Notes: generated by a model from the sequence alone, not told the origin. Shown: positions 11,089 through 20,659, numbered from the stretch's first letter. The stretch: 64,000 nt of DNA from an uncultured Thermoanaerobaculia bacterium (GCA_964609835.1 CAZSTH010000004.1:3578-67577), one strand, 5' to 3'. Translations and numbers: made by a program.

Positions 11089-12162
11089 ATGGAAGTGGGA
11101 ATCATGGGTCTGGCTGCGAGCGGCAAGACCACGCTGTTCCAGCTGCTCACCGGTGGCGGGACAGCGGCCTCGGCCGGACGCCGCGGCGAGGTGCAGGTGG
11201 GCGTTGCCCGAGTCCCTGACACACGTCTCGACGCACTCAGCGCCCTCTACCAGCCCGAAAAGACGACCCCCGCGACGATCCGCTACGTGGACGTGCCGGG
11301 CCTGCCGGAGGAGCACCGGCGAGACGCCGCGGTCAATCTTCCGGAGTTGCGCAGCGCCGACGCGCTGATGGTGGTGTTGCGGGACTTCTCGAACCAGGCC
11401 GTGGCCCACCCGCTGCTGACCATCGACCCCCAGCGCGACCTGCAACGGATCGAGGACGAGTTCATCCTGCAGGACCAGATGGTCGTGGAACGCAGATTGG
11501 AGCGCCTCGCCCGCGACCTCGCCAAGCGCAGGCTGCCCGAGCTCGAGCGGGAGCGCGAGGTCCTCGCCCGTTGTCTGAGCGTGCTCGAAGATCAGCGGCC
11601 ACTGCGCGGCGAGAGCTTCTCGGACGGCGAGGACAGGATTCTCAAGGGCTTCACCTTTCTGTCGTCCAAGCCGCTGCTCGTGGTGGTCAATGTCGGCGAG
11701 GAGCTGGGTGCCGAGCGCATGAGGGATCCAGACTGGCCCGGCCGGCAGGACCGCCCGCGGACCGCCTTCACCTCCGTCTGCGCCACCCTCGAGCACGAGC
11801 TGTCCCAGCTCGACCGCGACGACGCCGACGAACTGATGGCGGAGTACGGCATCGCCGACCGGGCGCTCGACCGTATCATCCGCGAGTCCTACCGGCTGCT
11901 CGGTGCGGTTTCGTTCTTCACCGTCGGCGAGGACGAATGCCGGGCGTGGTCGGTGGCCGACGGCACCCCGGCCGTGACGGCGGCAGGCGTCATCCACTCC
12001 GACATCCAACGAGGCTTCATCCGTGCCGAGGTCGTGCCGGTCGACGCGCTGCTCGAAGCCGGGTCGCTGGCGGTCTGTCGACAACAGGGAACCCTGCGGC
12101 TGGAGGGAAAGACCTACCCGGTTCGCGACGGCGAGGTCGTCCACTTCCGGTTCAACGTGTGA
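11089..12162 (+). CDS. ychF: Obg-family ribosome-binding ATPase YchF
   Basis: GLAASGKTT P-loop, DVPGL, FFTVGEDECRAW, AGVIHSDIQRGFIRAEV, EGKTY..DGEVVHFRFNV; GGAGG SD. Confidence 0.93.
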   Translation: MEVGIMGLAASGKTTLFQLLTGGGTAASAGRRGEVQVGVARVPDTRLDALSALYQPEKTTPATIRYVDVPGLPEEHRRDAAVNLPELRSADALMVVLRDFSNQAVAHPLLTIDPQRDLQRIEDEFILQDQMVVERRLERLARDLAKRRLPELEREREVLARCLSVLEDQRPLRGESFSDGEDRILKGFTFLSSKPLLVVVNVGEELGAERMRDPDWPGRQDRPRTAFTSVCATLEHELSQLDRDDADELMAEYGIADRALDRIIRESYRLLGAVSFFTVGEDECRAWSVADGTPAVTAAGVIHSDIQRGFIRAEVVPVDALLEAGSLAVCRQQGTLRLEGKTYPVRDGEVVHFRFNV

Positions 12163-12179
12163 AACCGGGGTCCGCGAGC

Positions 12180-12295
12180 ATGGGCGGTGGCGGTAGACGG
12201 TGGCGGTGGCGGTGGCGGTGAACGGTGGCGGTGGCCGTGGCGGAAGACGGACGCGGCCCCGGTCGCGGTCCACGGTCGCGGTCGCGGATCGCGGA
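12180..12295. repeat. Second GGCGGT-periodic G-rich tract
   Basis: ggcggtggcggtagacggtggcggtggcggtggcggtgaacggtggcggtggccgtggcgg; same unit as 3470-3640. Confidence 0.8.
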
Positions 12296-12367
12296 CGCTG
12301 AAGCGGTTCACTGCCACCGGCGGCGAAAGCCGTCGCCGAGACCCGACCCGGAACACCGACACTGATC

Positions 12368-12461
12368 ACCGCCTCCCACCCGGCAGCCGAGACGGCTGCC
12401 CCACAAACCGCGCCGATCGAGCTTGTGGGGCACGCGTCCCGCGTGCCGGGCGGGAGGCGGT
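12368..12461. repeat. Inverted pair of GTGG-footed REP-like hairpins (REPIN/BIME-like)
   Basis: 12382-12404 (reverse) GTGG-GGCAGCCG-TCT-CGGCTGCC and 12425-12447 GTGG-GGCACGCG-TCC-CGCGTGCC, with outer inverted repeats 12368-12381 and 12448-12461. Confidence 0.75.
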
Positions 12462-12512
12462 CAGCAGTGGCTGCGGCGGTCGGCGGACGCGGGCACGGTT
12501 GAACGGCGGGCT

Positions 12513-13439
12513 TTAGGGCACAACCCGCCCCTCCCCTGACACCGATCCGATCTCGGGTACTCCGTATGGCGTCACATCACTGTCGCCGCGATGCTCGACC
12601 GGCGGCGGCGTCGGTGCCCGCCGCACCGGGATCGACCGCGGCGGGCGCTGCGGCAGAGGGGTCGGCGACGGTCCGCGGTCGATCGTCGGAGGCGCGGCCC
12701 GGCCCGGCGCCACATCCCGTGCCTCGTCAGCAACCTCGTCGCCGGCTTCAATCTCCACCTCCGCAGGTCCGGGAGGCGTCGGCGCCTCCCGCTCGTACTG
12801 CCGGCGAACGTGAGCCACCTGCTTGGGCCGCAGGTAGCGCGCGGGGAGGTTCCGCTCCATCTGCCGCTGGTCGTAGGCAACGAGCTCGGCGCCGAGTGCC
12901 AGCTTCGAGTCGAGCACCTCCGGGTTGACCTTCGGGTCCGCGAGCTCCGGGGCGTGCCTGAACGCCTTTCGCAGATAGTCCATCGCGTTCCTGGTGTGGC
13001 CGAGCTCCTCCTCGATCCGCCCGAGGTAGAAGTTGGCCCAACCGTGGCCGGGCGACCGCTTGAGACAGCGCCGATAGGCCTGCGAGGCTTTGGTCGGCTC
13101 TCCCATGCTGTGATAGGCCAGGCCGATCCGGAACCATGCCTCGTGAAGGTCGCGATCGGTCTCGAGGGCCCGCCGGTACATTCGGATTGCGTCCTTTGGG
13201 AAGCCCCGCTCGAAGAGCATGGTGCCGAGATCCACAAGCTGCACGCCGTCGAGCTCGTCGCGGCCGGACCGCTCCCAGTAGTCGCGCAGCGTCTCGTCGA
13301 AGGGGTCGCCCGGAATCAGGAAGCGGACGAACACCGGATCATCTCCAGCGGCGGCCAGCAAACCGGCCGCGACCGACACCAACACCGCCACCGCCACCGC
13401 CAGCAATAACCCGCGACGCGAGCTCACGCGAGAACCCAT
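12513..13439 (-). CDS. Secreted TPR protein with Pro-rich disordered C-terminus
   Basis: Signal peptide (RRGLLLAVAVAVLVSVAAG); TPR motifs AWFRIGLAY, ANFYLGRI; GAGG SD before ATG 13439. Confidence 0.8.
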   Translation of the reverse strand: MGSRVSSRRGLLLAVAVAVLVSVAAGLLAAAGDDPVFVRFLIPGDPFDETLRDYWERSGRDELDGVQLVDLGTMLFERGFPKDAIRMYRRALETDRDLHEAWFRIGLAYHSMGEPTKASQAYRRCLKRSPGHGWANFYLGRIEEELGHTRNAMDYLRKAFRHAPELADPKVNPEVLDSKLALGAELVAYDQRQMERNLPARYLRPKQVAHVRRQYEREAPTPPGPAEVEIEAGDEVADEARDVAPGRAAPPTIDRGPSPTPLPQRPPRSIPVRRAPTPPPVEHRGDSDVTPYGVPEIGSVSGEGRVVP

Positions 13440-13446
13440 CGCCACC

Positions 13447-13989
13447 TCACTCTCTCTTCTTCTCCTTGCGCGCAACCACCCTGACATTACCATCCTCCAC
13501 CCGCACCTCGAAGCGCACCTTGCGGCCGAGTCGCTCCTCGATCCGCTGCCGCTGGACGGCGATCTGCTCGTCGAACGTGCCGCGATCGACGCTGACGGCG
13601 AGCCCCTGCTGGGAGCGCGCGACCACATAGCGGTCGAAGAGCGAATCGGCCGTCTCCTCGTGTACGGATGGCGGCGGCGATCTGTCAGGGGGCGGCGACC
13701 GCAGCTCGGGGTTGGTGTGGCCCTGTGCGGACCGGCCCTCCTCACGCAGCCGCAGCATACGCTCCCAGTTCTGCGAGTAGGTCATGAAGCGGTGCTGGAG
13801 CTGCTCGATCCGGAACTGCTCCGCGCGCCGGTTGACTGTCTTCTCCGACAGCATCCGGATACGGCGGCCGATCCGCGTGCGCTCGATCTCAGGCGGTACC
13901 TTGTCCACACCGGAGAAGAACCGCTCCCACTTCCGGATGTGGTCCTGCAGCACCTTCTCCAGGATCGTGATCTGCTCCATCACCTCCAT
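13447..13989 (-). CDS. Conserved hypothetical protein resembling the MXAN_5187 C-terminal domain family
   Basis: WERFFSG..PP, F.TY..NWERMLR..EEG, LFDRYV, VRFEVRVEDGNVRVVAR pattern recalled for this family; GGGAG SD. Confidence 0.65.
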   Translation of the reverse strand: MEVMEQITILEKVLQDHIRKWERFFSGVDKVPPEIERTRIGRRIRMLSEKTVNRRAEQFRIEQLQHRFMTYSQNWERMLRLREEGRSAQGHTNPELRSPPPDRSPPPSVHEETADSLFDRYVVARSQQGLAVSVDRGTFDEQIAVQRQRIEERLGRKVRFEVRVEDGNVRVVARKEKKRE

Positions 13990-14038
13990 CGCCAACTCCC
14001 GCCGGGCCCGGCGCCCCGCCCTGCGGGACGCCGTGGGT

Positions 14039-14045
14039 TAGAATA
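14039..14045. promoter_or_regulatory. Overlapping divergent -10 elements (TAGAAT on +, TATTCT on -)
   Basis: Sits in the 62-bp gap between divergent genes; the + element is 7 nt before the selA GTG. Confidence 0.6.
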
Positions 14046-14051
14046 CCCGCC

Positions 14052-15440
14052 GTGAAAACCGAGCTGCGCCGCATTCCCGCGATTCATCGTCTCCTCGAAC
14101 TCCCCGCGGTCCGAGCCGCGGTTGCCGAGCACGGCCGCGCGCCGGTGATGGACGCCTGCCGCGTTGCCGTCGACCGCCTGCGCTCTCGCGTGACCGCCGG
14201 CGAGCTTTCGGCGGGCGATTTCGATGCCGCCGTCGCGGCCCTCCCGGACCGGATCGTCGACGCGGTCCGTGCCGACAGCGAAGGCTCCTACCCAGCGGTG
14301 CTCAATGCGACAGGCGTCCTTCTCCACACCAACCTCGGTCGCGCACCCCTGAGGCGGAGCCTGCCGCCCTCCCTGGAATCATACCTCGCCCTCGAGTTCG
14401 ATGTGGACGAAGGGCGACGCGGCCAGCGCCTGGCTCCGATCGCGGACCGCATCGCCGATGTCTGCGGCGCCGACGCCGCGGTGATGGTCAACAACAACGC
14501 GGCCGCCGTCTTCCTCGCACTCAAGGCGCACGCTGACGGGGGTGAGGTCATCGTCTCCCGCGGCCAGCTGATCGAGATCGGCGGCTCCTTTCGGCTGCCG
14601 GACGTGATGGCGGCCGCCGGCGCGACCTTGGTCGAGGTCGGGTGCACCAATCGCACCCATCTCGACGACTACGAGGCGGCGATCGGCGATCGCACCGCAG
14701 CCATTCTGGTCGCCCACCAGTCGAACTTCCGAATGGTGGGGTTCACGACCGAGCCGCCGCTGCGCGACCTCGCCGGCCTCGCGCACGCCCGCGAGCTGCC
14801 GCTCCTCGTCGACCAGGGTTCGGGTGCACTCCACGACCTGAGGCGCTGGGGACTGCCACCCGAGACCACGGTCAGCGAGCTGCTGGACGCGGGCGCCGAT
14901 GCGGTGATGTTCTCAGGTGACAAGCTCCTCGGCGGCCCCCAAGCGGGGCTGATCGTCGGCTGCGATCGGTGGGTCGCGCCGCTCGGGCGGCACCCGCTCT
15001 ACCGCGCCCTCCGCCCCGACAAGACCGCCCTGGTGATGATGGACGAGACGCTGCGCGCCCACCACGCGGGGCGGCTGTCTGAGATCCCGCTCTATGCCAT
15101 GCTCGAGACCGCCGTGGACACCCTCAAGGGACGCGCACGGCGCCTCGGAAGCCGGCTGCGCGCGGCCGGTGTCCCGGTGCGGGGGCGGGCCACCCGCGCC
15201 GCCCTCGGCGGCGGCACCACGCCCGAGGAGACGGTGGCGAGCTACGGGCTTTCGATCGACGGCGGGCAGCGGCTGTTCGACGCCCTGCGCCGCCAACGGC
15301 CGCCGGTCGTCGCCCGGATCGAGGGCGGCGCGGTGGTGCTCGATCTTCGAACCGTGCCGCCACACCACGACCGGGTGCTCGAGGCCGCGCTGGCCGCGGC
15401 CTACAGGGGGATCGCAGCCAGCACCGATTCCGGAGCGTAG
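14052..15440 (+). CDS. selA: L-seryl-tRNA(Sec) selenium transferase
   Basis: NATGVLLHTNLGRAPL, VNNNAAA, SRGQLIEIGGSFRLPDVM, FSGDKLLGGPQAG (PLP lysine). Confidence 0.97.
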   Translation: MKTELRRIPAIHRLLELPAVRAAVAEHGRAPVMDACRVAVDRLRSRVTAGELSAGDFDAAVAALPDRIVDAVRADSEGSYPAVLNATGVLLHTNLGRAPLRRSLPPSLESYLALEFDVDEGRRGQRLAPIADRIADVCGADAAVMVNNNAAAVFLALKAHADGGEVIVSRGQLIEIGGSFRLPDVMAAAGATLVEVGCTNRTHLDDYEAAIGDRTAAILVAHQSNFRMVGFTTEPPLRDLAGLAHARELPLLVDQGSGALHDLRRWGLPPETTVSELLDAGADAVMFSGDKLLGGPQAGLIVGCDRWVAPLGRHPLYRALRPDKTALVMMDETLRAHHAGRLSEIPLYAMLETAVDTLKGRARRLGSRLRAAGVPVRGRATRAALGGGTTPEETVASYGLSIDGGQRLFDALRRQRPPVVARIEGGAVVLDLRTVPPHHDRVLEAALAAAYRGIAASTDSGA

Positions 15441-16177
15441 AGCCACAGGATCACCGCCAGCGCGAGGAAGGTCCCGAACGGCAGCGCGGTCTTGCTCGAT
15501 CCCCGCCCCGTGACGATCAGCGCGACCCCCACCAGTGCCCCCAGGGTGGCCGCGAGGACCAGCACACCGAGGCAGCCCCGCAGACCGACCACCGAGCCGA
15601 TGGCTGCGAGGTACTTGACGTCACCCCACCCCATACCTTCGATGCCCCGCCACAGGCGGTAGATGACGATCACCAGGATCGGAAGCAACGCTCCCACCGC
15701 AGCACCGACCAGCGAGTCATACCACTCGGTGTAGCCGCCGGCGAGCGAACACCCGAGGCCGAATGCGATCGACGGGTAGGTGAGGGCGTTGGGCAGGATC
15801 TGGAAGTCGAAATCGATCAGGGCGAGGGTGAGCGACACCCACGAGAAGACCACCACCTCGATCCCGGTAACGGAGACCCCCCAGCGCACGAACGCGAGCA
15901 GGCACAGGATCCCCGCAGCCACCTCCACCAGCAGGTAGCGGATCGAGATCGGAGCGCGGCAGCTGCGGCAGCGGCCGCGCAGTGCGAGCCAGGAGACGAT
16001 CGGCAAATTGTCGTACCAGCGAATGAGGCGGCCGCAGGACGGGCACGACGACGGCGGGTCCCGCAGCACCGACATCTCCCTCGGCAGGCGGTAGATGAGG
16101 ACATTCAGGAAGCTGCCCCACACCGCCCCGAAGGCGAAACCGTAGGCCATCACGAGCGGTTCATCCGACCAATCCAT
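15401..16177 (-). CDS. pilD: Type IV prepilin peptidase/N-methyltransferase
   Basis: GSFLNVLIYRLP, SCPSC..CRSC zinc motif, IDFD, GMGWGDVK, PFGTFLA. Confidence 0.95.
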   Translation of the reverse strand: MDWSDEPLVMAYGFAFGAVWGSFLNVLIYRLPREMSVLRDPPSSCPSCGRLIRWYDNLPIVSWLALRGRCRSCRAPISIRYLLVEVAAGILCLLAFVRWGVSVTGIEVVVFSWVSLTLALIDFDFQILPNALTYPSIAFGLGCSLAGGYTEWYDSLVGAAVGALLPILVIVIYRLWRGIEGMGWGDVKYLAAIGSVVGLRGCLGVLVLAATLGALVGVALIVTGRGSSKTALPFGTFLALAVILWLYAPESVLAAIPL

Positions 16178-17328
16178 CGGTACAGCTCCTCCTGCTTTCT
16201 CACCATCTCGTCGCGATCGAAGTCTTCGAGGCTTTCGCGGGCCACGCGTCCATAGCCATCGCGGACGGTCGGATCCTCGAGCAGCGAGCACACACCCTCG
16301 GCCAACGCCGCCACGTCCCCGGCCGGCGCCAGCTCGCCGTTTTCGCCCGGGCGCACCACCTCGACGGTGCCGTCGACGGCGGTGGCCACCACCGGCACCC
16401 CGGCCGCCAGCGACTCCACCACCGAGCACGGCAGGCCCTCGTGGCGGGAAACCAGTACCGACACCGTGGTCGCCGCCAGCACGGCCGCCACGTCGTCGAG
16501 CCAGCCGGCAAAGACCATGCGATCGGCAACGCCCAGCGAGCGCGCCAGCTCCTCGGCCTCCGGCCGCAGCGGACCGTCTCCGACCATCAGGAACCACGCC
16601 TCGGGAAATCGCGCGGCCACGGCCGCGGCCACCCGCACGAAGTCGAGCGGCGCCTTCTGCGGTTTGAAATTCCCGATCTGCGTCACGAGCGGGGCCGCCG
16701 CCGGAATCGAGAGCCGCTCGCGCAGACGGCCGCCGCCGGACGCGGCTCGGAAGCGGGCGAGGTCGATGCCCGCCCGGATGACCGTCGATTTCTCGATCAA
16801 CACGATGCCGAGCTCGGCGGCACGCCGCCGGTCAGCCTCGGACACCATCACGAAGTGGTCGGTCGCCCGTGCCATCAAGCGCTCGACGGCCAGGAAGGCC
16901 CAGCGCACCGGCGGCCTCTGCAACGGCGTGAACCCGAAGCCATGCACGGTGTGGACGACCGCCGGCACCCGCTCCAGTCGGGCCGCCAGGCGGCCAAGAA
17001 TGCCGGCCTTGGAAGAGTGGGTGTGGACCACGTGCGGCGCGAAATCGCGCATCGCCGCCCGCAATCGCCAGAGGACCCGGAGATCGGAGATCGGCGCGAC
17101 CGGGCGCACGAGGCCCGGAACCGGATAGCGCGTGAGGTCCGGGATCGCCTCCGCCTCGCGGTCGAGGAAATCGCCGGGGCCCCATGCCAGCGCGACTGCG
17201 AACCGGGCGCGGTCGAGTTCTGCCGCGGTGTGGAGCACCACCCGCTGCGCGCCCCCGAGCTCGAGCCGGGTGATCGCGAGCAGGACGCGGGTGCGCCCGG
17301 CGGCCTCGGCGGGCGCCGCGTCAACCAT
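16150..17328 (-). CDS. GT4 glycosyltransferase
   Basis: GGAQ, HTHSSKAGILGR, HTVHG, EGLPCSVVE. Confidence 0.92.
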   Translation of the reverse strand: MVDAAPAEAAGRTRVLLAITRLELGGAQRVVLHTAAELDRARFAVALAWGPGDFLDREAEAIPDLTRYPVPGLVRPVAPISDLRVLWRLRAAMRDFAPHVVHTHSSKAGILGRLAARLERVPAVVHTVHGFGFTPLQRPPVRWAFLAVERLMARATDHFVMVSEADRRRAAELGIVLIEKSTVIRAGIDLARFRAASGGGRLRERLSIPAAAPLVTQIGNFKPQKAPLDFVRVAAAVAARFPEAWFLMVGDGPLRPEAEELARSLGVADRMVFAGWLDDVAAVLAATTVSVLVSRHEGLPCSVVESLAAGVPVVATAVDGTVEVVRPGENGELAPAGDVAALAEGVCSLLEDPTVRDGYGRVARESLEDFDRDEMVRKQEELYRWIGRMNRS

Positions 17329-18622
17329 TCTCCAGCGACCCGGCGAGCTGGCGCGCCGCCCGCATGCCGTCGAGGATCGCGTCCTCCATCGCGGAGTACT
17401 TCCACTCCGCCCAGCGCCCGGCGAGCACCACCTCGTGCCCCTTGAGGAAACGCCGCAGCAGCGCCACCGCCTGGCGCCGCGCGTGGTCGAAGACCACGTA
17501 CGCGGGGTCGAGCACGGTCAGGCGGCGGACCCGTACTGCCCGAGGCTCCAGCAGGCCGAGATCGACGAGCGCTCTCTCGGACGCCGCTGCCAGCTCATCG
17601 ACGTCCCCTCCCTCCGGGTCGAGACTGACCTCGATCGACACCGTGTGGTGGCCCTCCGGCGCCAGGCGCCCGTGGTTGGAGGGGAAGCCGACCCGATAGA
17701 AGGGCAGCTCCGGGTCGGGGTAGTAGATCCAGTGCTCGGGGCTCGGTGCGTCGCCTTCGACCCCCAGGGCCAGGTTGAGCACACGCACCCAGCGCAGCGC
17801 CGCGCGCGCGGCCACCACGTCGTCGGGCAGCTCGTCCTCGAGCGAGTCGATGACGGCGGGCAGCGATGTGGTGGCGAGGAGCTTCTCCCACCCCACTCTC
17901 TCTCCATCCGCGAGCTCGAGCCAGCGCTCGCCGAGATGGACCCGCGCAACCTCGCGGCCGAGCTCGAGGCCGCTGATGCGCGCAGCGACCGCATCCGGCA
18001 GCAGCCGGATCCCGCCCTCCCGGGGATAACGGAAGGTGGCGTTGTATCCCACGTCTGCGTCATACAGGCCGAGTGCGCCGTCGACCACATCCTCGAGCTT
18101 CGGCTTCGGCACGTAGCGGCCGACCCAATCGAGGCTGAGCTCGCCGGGGCGCGCGCGATAGAGCTTGGAGTTGTAGGGGAAGAAGAAGTGTCGCGCGAAG
18201 CCGTCGCCGAAGCGCTCCATGACCCAGTCGCGGAAGTCGGCCGGATCGCCGTCCGAGGCCGCGGCCCACGCCCGCACGAAGCCCAGCAGACAGTCCCGCC
18301 GCACCTCCGGCGACAGTCCGTGGGTGTTGATCTGCACGGGGTAGGGCGTGGTGCGGCCGCCGATGGTGATGGCGGCCCGACGCCGGTGGACGGCCAGGCG
18401 CTGCCACGCTCCCAGGTCGGTCAGGTACCCCTCGGTCTCGGGGCGCGCGACGTGGAGGAGGTGGCCGGTATGGTCGAAGGTGAAGCCCTTCGCCTCGAGG
18501 CTACGGCACGCGCCTCCGGCCTCGGCCTCGCGCTCGAAGACCCGCACCGGGACTCCGTCGCGCGCGAGGCGCTCGGCCGCCACCAGGCCCGTCAGCCCGC
18601 CGCCGATGATCACCCGCTCCAT
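17321..18622 (-). CDS. FAD-dependent oxidoreductase (protoporphyrinogen oxidase/UDP-Galp mutase-like, polysaccharide-locus type)
   Basis: IIGGGLTGL, GGACRS, FDHTGHLLH, GRWAEWKY..MEDA. Confidence 0.8.
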   Translation of the reverse strand: MERVIIGGGLTGLVAAERLARDGVPVRVFEREAEAGGACRSLEAKGFTFDHTGHLLHVARPETEGYLTDLGAWQRLAVHRRRAAITIGGRTTPYPVQINTHGLSPEVRRDCLLGFVRAWAAASDGDPADFRDWVMERFGDGFARHFFFPYNSKLYRARPGELSLDWVGRYVPKPKLEDVVDGALGLYDADVGYNATFRYPREGGIRLLPDAVAARISGLELGREVARVHLGERWLELADGERVGWEKLLATTSLPAVIDSLEDELPDDVVAARAALRWVRVLNLALGVEGDAPSPEHWIYYPDPELPFYRVGFPSNHGRLAPEGHHTVSIEVSLDPEGGDVDELAAASERALVDLGLLEPRAVRVRRLTVLDPAYVVFDHARRQAVALLRRFLKGHEVVLAGRWAEWKYSAMEDAILDGMRAARQLAGSLENG

Positions 18623-19623
18623 CAGCCCTCCATGGGAACCAACGCCAGCCAGACCAGCAGGCCGCCGGCCACGAGACCGACCACGCCGGTCAAAATCAGA
18701 GTGGACACCGGGTCCATGTAGAGCACCAGCAGCCCGAGGGCGCCGAAGATGACGGCCACCGCATAGCCGACCACCACCGCCCCCGCCGTCCAACCGTCGA
18801 GGCGGCGGCGGACCCGGAGCGGAAAGTGGTCCGGGCTGCCGTAGTAGATCTTGCGTCCCGCCCGCAGCCTGAGGACGATCACGTAGGCGGTGTCGACGAG
18901 CGGCACCGCCAGGATGTACAGCGGCGCGAGCCAGCCGAGCGGGTTGTGGGTGGTGTAGTCCATCACCATCGCCAGCGCACCGAGGGTGAGGCCGATGAAC
19001 AGGCTGCCGCAGTCGCCGAGGTAGATCTTCGCCGGGTGGAAGTTCGAGCGCAGAAAGCCGAGCAGCGCCCCGATCAGGGCGACCGTGAAGGCCGCGACCA
19101 TCAACCGCCCGTTGAGCAGCGCCACCACCAGCAGGAAGGTCGCCGCGATCACCCCGACGCCGCTCGCGAGCCCGTCCATGATGTCCACCAGGTTGAAGGC
19201 GTTCGACATCCCGACCAGCCACAGCACGGTCACCACCACGCGCACCCACCACGGGATGAAGGCCACCTCGATCATGATGCCGGCCTTGAGCAGCACGAAG
19301 ACCGCCACCGCCTGGCCGACCACCTTCGGCTTCGGCGTCAGCGCGCCGAAGTCATCGATCAGCCCGACCGTGGCGACGATCGTCGAGGCCAGCAGCAGCG
19401 CCAGCAGGTCGGCGTGGAACTCGAAGGTCATGCCGATCGAGAGCAGGAAGGCGGTGAAGACCGCGAGGCCGCCGAGGTAGGCGACCGGCTCGCCGTGGTT
19501 CTTGAGGTTGCCGTCCGGGCGATCGACGACACCGAAGCGCAGCGCCGCCTGGCGCGCCATCGGCGTGCCGACCAGCGCCAGCAGGTAGGCGAGGAAAAAC
19601 CCGAGGATCAGGCGAATCGTCAT
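18622..19623 (-). CDS. WecA/MraY family undecaprenyl-phosphate HexNAc-1-P transferase
   Basis: GLIDD, NAFNLVDIMDGLA, NFHPAKIYLGDCG; polytopic membrane protein. Confidence 0.92.
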   Translation of the reverse strand: MTIRLILGFFLAYLLALVGTPMARQAALRFGVVDRPDGNLKNHGEPVAYLGGLAVFTAFLLSIGMTFEFHADLLALLLASTIVATVGLIDDFGALTPKPKVVGQAVAVFVLLKAGIMIEVAFIPWWVRVVVTVLWLVGMSNAFNLVDIMDGLASGVGVIAATFLLVVALLNGRLMVAAFTVALIGALLGFLRSNFHPAKIYLGDCGSLFIGLTLGALAMVMDYTTHNPLGWLAPLYILAVPLVDTAYVIVLRLRAGRKIYYGSPDHFPLRVRRRLDGWTAGAVVVGYAVAVIFGALGLLVLYMDPVSTLILTGVVGLVAGGLLVWLALVPMEG

Positions 19624-20579
19624 AGGAGCTCGCGCAACCTCCGCTGTTTGAATCGAGACCGCCCCTGCCACTCCGCCCGAACCATCGGCCACCGCCTACG
19701 GAGATGCCCGAGCAGAGACGGCCGGCGCACGACGCCGGCCGACGCCAGGCCCCCGTCCCACACCAAGAGTAGGGGCAGGCGCGGCGCCAGATCAAGCGCG
19801 TGGAGGTGGCGGGCCAGCGTCATCCACCGGTTGCTCAGCACGCACGCCTCCAGCTGGGGCGGGCGCCGCCACCTCAGCGGTCCGCCGCCCGCCTCGGCAC
19901 CGGCACCGCGTCGGTGGGTGGCCACCGCGTCGGGGCAGGTGAAGATCCGCCAGCCCCGGTTGCGCAACCGCCAGCCGATCTCCAGATCCTCCCAGAAGCA
20001 GAAGAAGTGCTCCGCCCACGGGCCGCGGTCGCCGGCGATCTCGGCGAGGGCCGCGGTTCGGAACACGGCGAGGGCGCCGCAGGCCGCGAGCACCGCTCGT
20101 GGCCCGAGGAGGTCGTCCGACACGGGTCGGCCATAGCCGCGGTCGGCCACCTCGAGGGTCAGCGGGTGGAGCACCTGGCCGACGCTGTCGACGGTGTCGC
20201 CGTCCGCACGCATCAGCCGCGGCGCCACCGCCGCCATCTCGTGGTCGTCCGCCAGCATCTGCACTGCGCGGCGCAGGCAGTCCGGGGCCACCACCACGTC
20301 GGGATTGAGGAGGGCGAGCCACGGGTGCTGCCCCGAAATCTCGGCGAAGCCGCGGTTGCAGCCGCCCGCGAAGCCCCGGTTCTCGGGCTCCGCCACCAGA
20401 CGCACCCGCGGATCGTCGAACCCCCGCACCACCTCGCGCGACCGGTCGCCGGAGGCGTTGTCCACCACCGCCACGTCGCCCACACCGTCGGCCGCCAGCA
20501 GTGCCCCGAGACAGGCGGGAAGATCGTCCTGGGAGTTGAAGCTCACCACGACGGCGCCGATGGGGGCCGCCGCCGTCAC
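19620..20579 (-). CDS. GT2 glycosyltransferase
   Basis: VVDNASGD, NRGFAGGCN, LLNPD, FWEDLE; start placed at GTG 20579. Confidence 0.9.
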   Translation of the reverse strand: MTAAAPIGAVVVSFNSQDDLPACLGALLAADGVGDVAVVDNASGDRSREVVRGFDDPRVRLVAEPENRGFAGGCNRGFAEISGQHPWLALLNPDVVVAPDCLRRAVQMLADDHEMAAVAPRLMRADGDTVDSVGQVLHPLTLEVADRGYGRPVSDDLLGPRAVLAACGALAVFRTAALAEIAGDRGPWAEHFFCFWEDLEIGWRLRNRGWRIFTCPDAVATHRRGAGAEAGGGPLRWRRPPQLEACVLSNRWMTLARHLHALDLAPRLPLLLVWDGGLASAGVVRRPSLLGHLRRRWPMVRAEWQGRSRFKQRRLRELL

Positions 20580-20647
20580 GCGGCCAACCCGGCAGCGAGC
20601 AGCCGCACGGATCTCGAGGGGGAGGTGTCCGCCGAGCAATCGAACAT
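20576..20647 (-). CDS. Candidate 23-aa leaderless uORF (MFDCSADTSPSRSVRLLAAGLAA)
   Basis: ATG 6 nt after TATAAT; its stop overlaps the downstream GT2 start (GTGA). Confidence 0.35.
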   Translation of the reverse strand: MFDCSADTSPSRSVRLLAAGLAA

Positions 20648-20653
20648 CATTCA

Positions 20654-20659
20654 ATTATA
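20654..20659 (-). promoter_or_regulatory. Consensus -10 element TATAAT
   Basis: Perfect TATAAT in a GC-rich intergenic gap upstream of the GT2-wecA-pilD run. Confidence 0.65.
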
